Assembly (NCBI GenBank): GCA_043228905.1
Contig: JBHGNT010000022.1
Span: forward strand, 10,168,001 to 10,232,000
DNA: 64,000 bases
Reading direction: 5' to 3'
Origin: Azolla caroliniana
Taxonomy: Eukaryota; Plantae; Polypodiophyta
Shown here: positions 62,878 to 64,000 of the stretch, piece by piece
How the letters are laid out: every line of letters starts with the position of its first letter
How positions within the stretch are numbered: the first letter of the stretch is position 1
The notes under the pieces: generated by a model
Databases searched by the model: none
The model's input: the letters and a program-made list of their open reading frames with translations, nothing else
What the model was told of the DNA's origin: nothing
Position numbers and translations under genes: made by a program

Positions 62878-63830
62878 CGGTTTTGGGGATACATATAGTG
62901 TGTGACATGATGAAAAACATGTTGTGGCTCTCATAGAGAGATAGGTAACAAGAGCGTTGGAAAAGTTTAACATGGATAAAGCCAAACCCATTGGCTCTAC
63001 ACTACGAGTGAACTTGAAGCTAAATTCTAGTCAGTGTCCGAAGAGTGAGAAGGATAAAGCAAAGATGAAGAAGGTGCCTTATGCTTCAATTGGGGATAGC
63101 TTGATGTATGCCATGGTTTGCACTAGGCTGGATATTGCCTTTGTCATTGGGGTTGTCAACCGATTCATGAGTAATATTGGAAAGGAGCATTGGGTTGCAG
63201 TTAAGTGGATTTTTAGGTATCTCAGAGCCATCTTGAGTGTATGCCTAAGGTATGGTCTCAGAGAACTTATGCTTCACGGTTTTACCGATTCTGATATGTC
63301 AGGTAATGTTGATTCCATCCAATCCACGCCAAGTTATGTGATGAAATATGCAAGGGGAGCTATATCATGGCAATTAATATTGCAAAAGTGTGTGATTGGT
63401 TTTATCAAAAAGGCTGAGTATATGGCTGCAGTTGAGGCCGGTAAGGATTTGATTTGGATGAGAGAATTCTTGAATGAGTTATGAATGATGCAAGACAAGT
63501 TCCTACTTCATTGTGACAATCAAAGTGCAATCCATCTTGCCAAGAATATTGCCTATCACTCTCGGACCAAACACATACAGATAAGGTTTCACTTGTTGTG
63601 AGAGAGAGTAGAAAATGGTGACTTTGCCTTAGTGAAAATCCACACCGATGACAATGGATCAGATATACTAATAAAGACTTTGCCTAAGGAGAATCTTGTT
63701 TCTTGTTGCATGAGAGTGGTTTTGGTGGACTCTCCCATACAGGAGTGAAGGGAGAGTTTGTTGTATTTTGTTTCCCTCCTCATGGGAGAAGCAGTCCAGC
63801 CGAAAGACCGAAAGTACACACACACACACA
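62878..63830 (+). pseudogene. Older copia RT/RNase H remnant with PPT and start of 3' LTR (63759)
   Basis: VPYASIGDSLMYAMVCTR, GFTDSD, KAEYMAA; GAAGGGAGAGTT|TGTTG. Confidence 0.88.
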
Positions 63831-64000
63831 TATATATTGTGAAATGCAGATAAAACCAAACCAAACCTGCTTGCCTAGCTTCTTACTTATCGTTCAATTT
63901 ATAGAAGATACAAAGGTACCCATTTTGGACCGGCCTAGCCACCCGCGTCTTAAAAGGGTGTGCTAAAACCGGTGCTGTGTTAAGAGGCATGCACTCGCAT

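Noticed and set aside
63830-64000. Possible terminus of another transposon at the window end
   Set aside because: Only one end is visible; no TIR partner or TSD

Overview
Eukaryotic land-plant genomic DNA, probably bryophyte-grade (inferred from the Tcn1-type chromovirus and Phygy-like elements). The window is almost entirely a nest of LTR retrotransposons. It holds Tnt1/Tork-like Ty1/copia elements (one very young, 34139-39478), two Ty3/gypsy chromoviruses, a non-chromovirus Ty3/gypsy with a long extra 3' ORF (40398-50913), a tandem three-LTR non-autonomous element (20897-27273), solo LTRs and LINE fragments. The only host gene I can support is a disrupted malectin-like/LRR/TM receptor-like kinase pseudogene (minus strand, 6494-14341). 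The most striking observation is that five distinct LTR types (8 copies) each carry a tRNA-shaped Pol III A-box/B-box cassette, always antisense to the element. Other highlights: a 4-bp-TSD, tRNA-Trp-primed LTR family; a Tf1-type self-priming PBS and a -1 frameshift signal in the Tcn1-like element; a chimeric middle LTR indicating unequal LTR-LTR recombination; a 120-bp fully palindromic TG...CA element with a 5-bp TSD; and strong CCGG enrichment in unrelated elements. All coordinates and counts were read by eye; no database searches were run.
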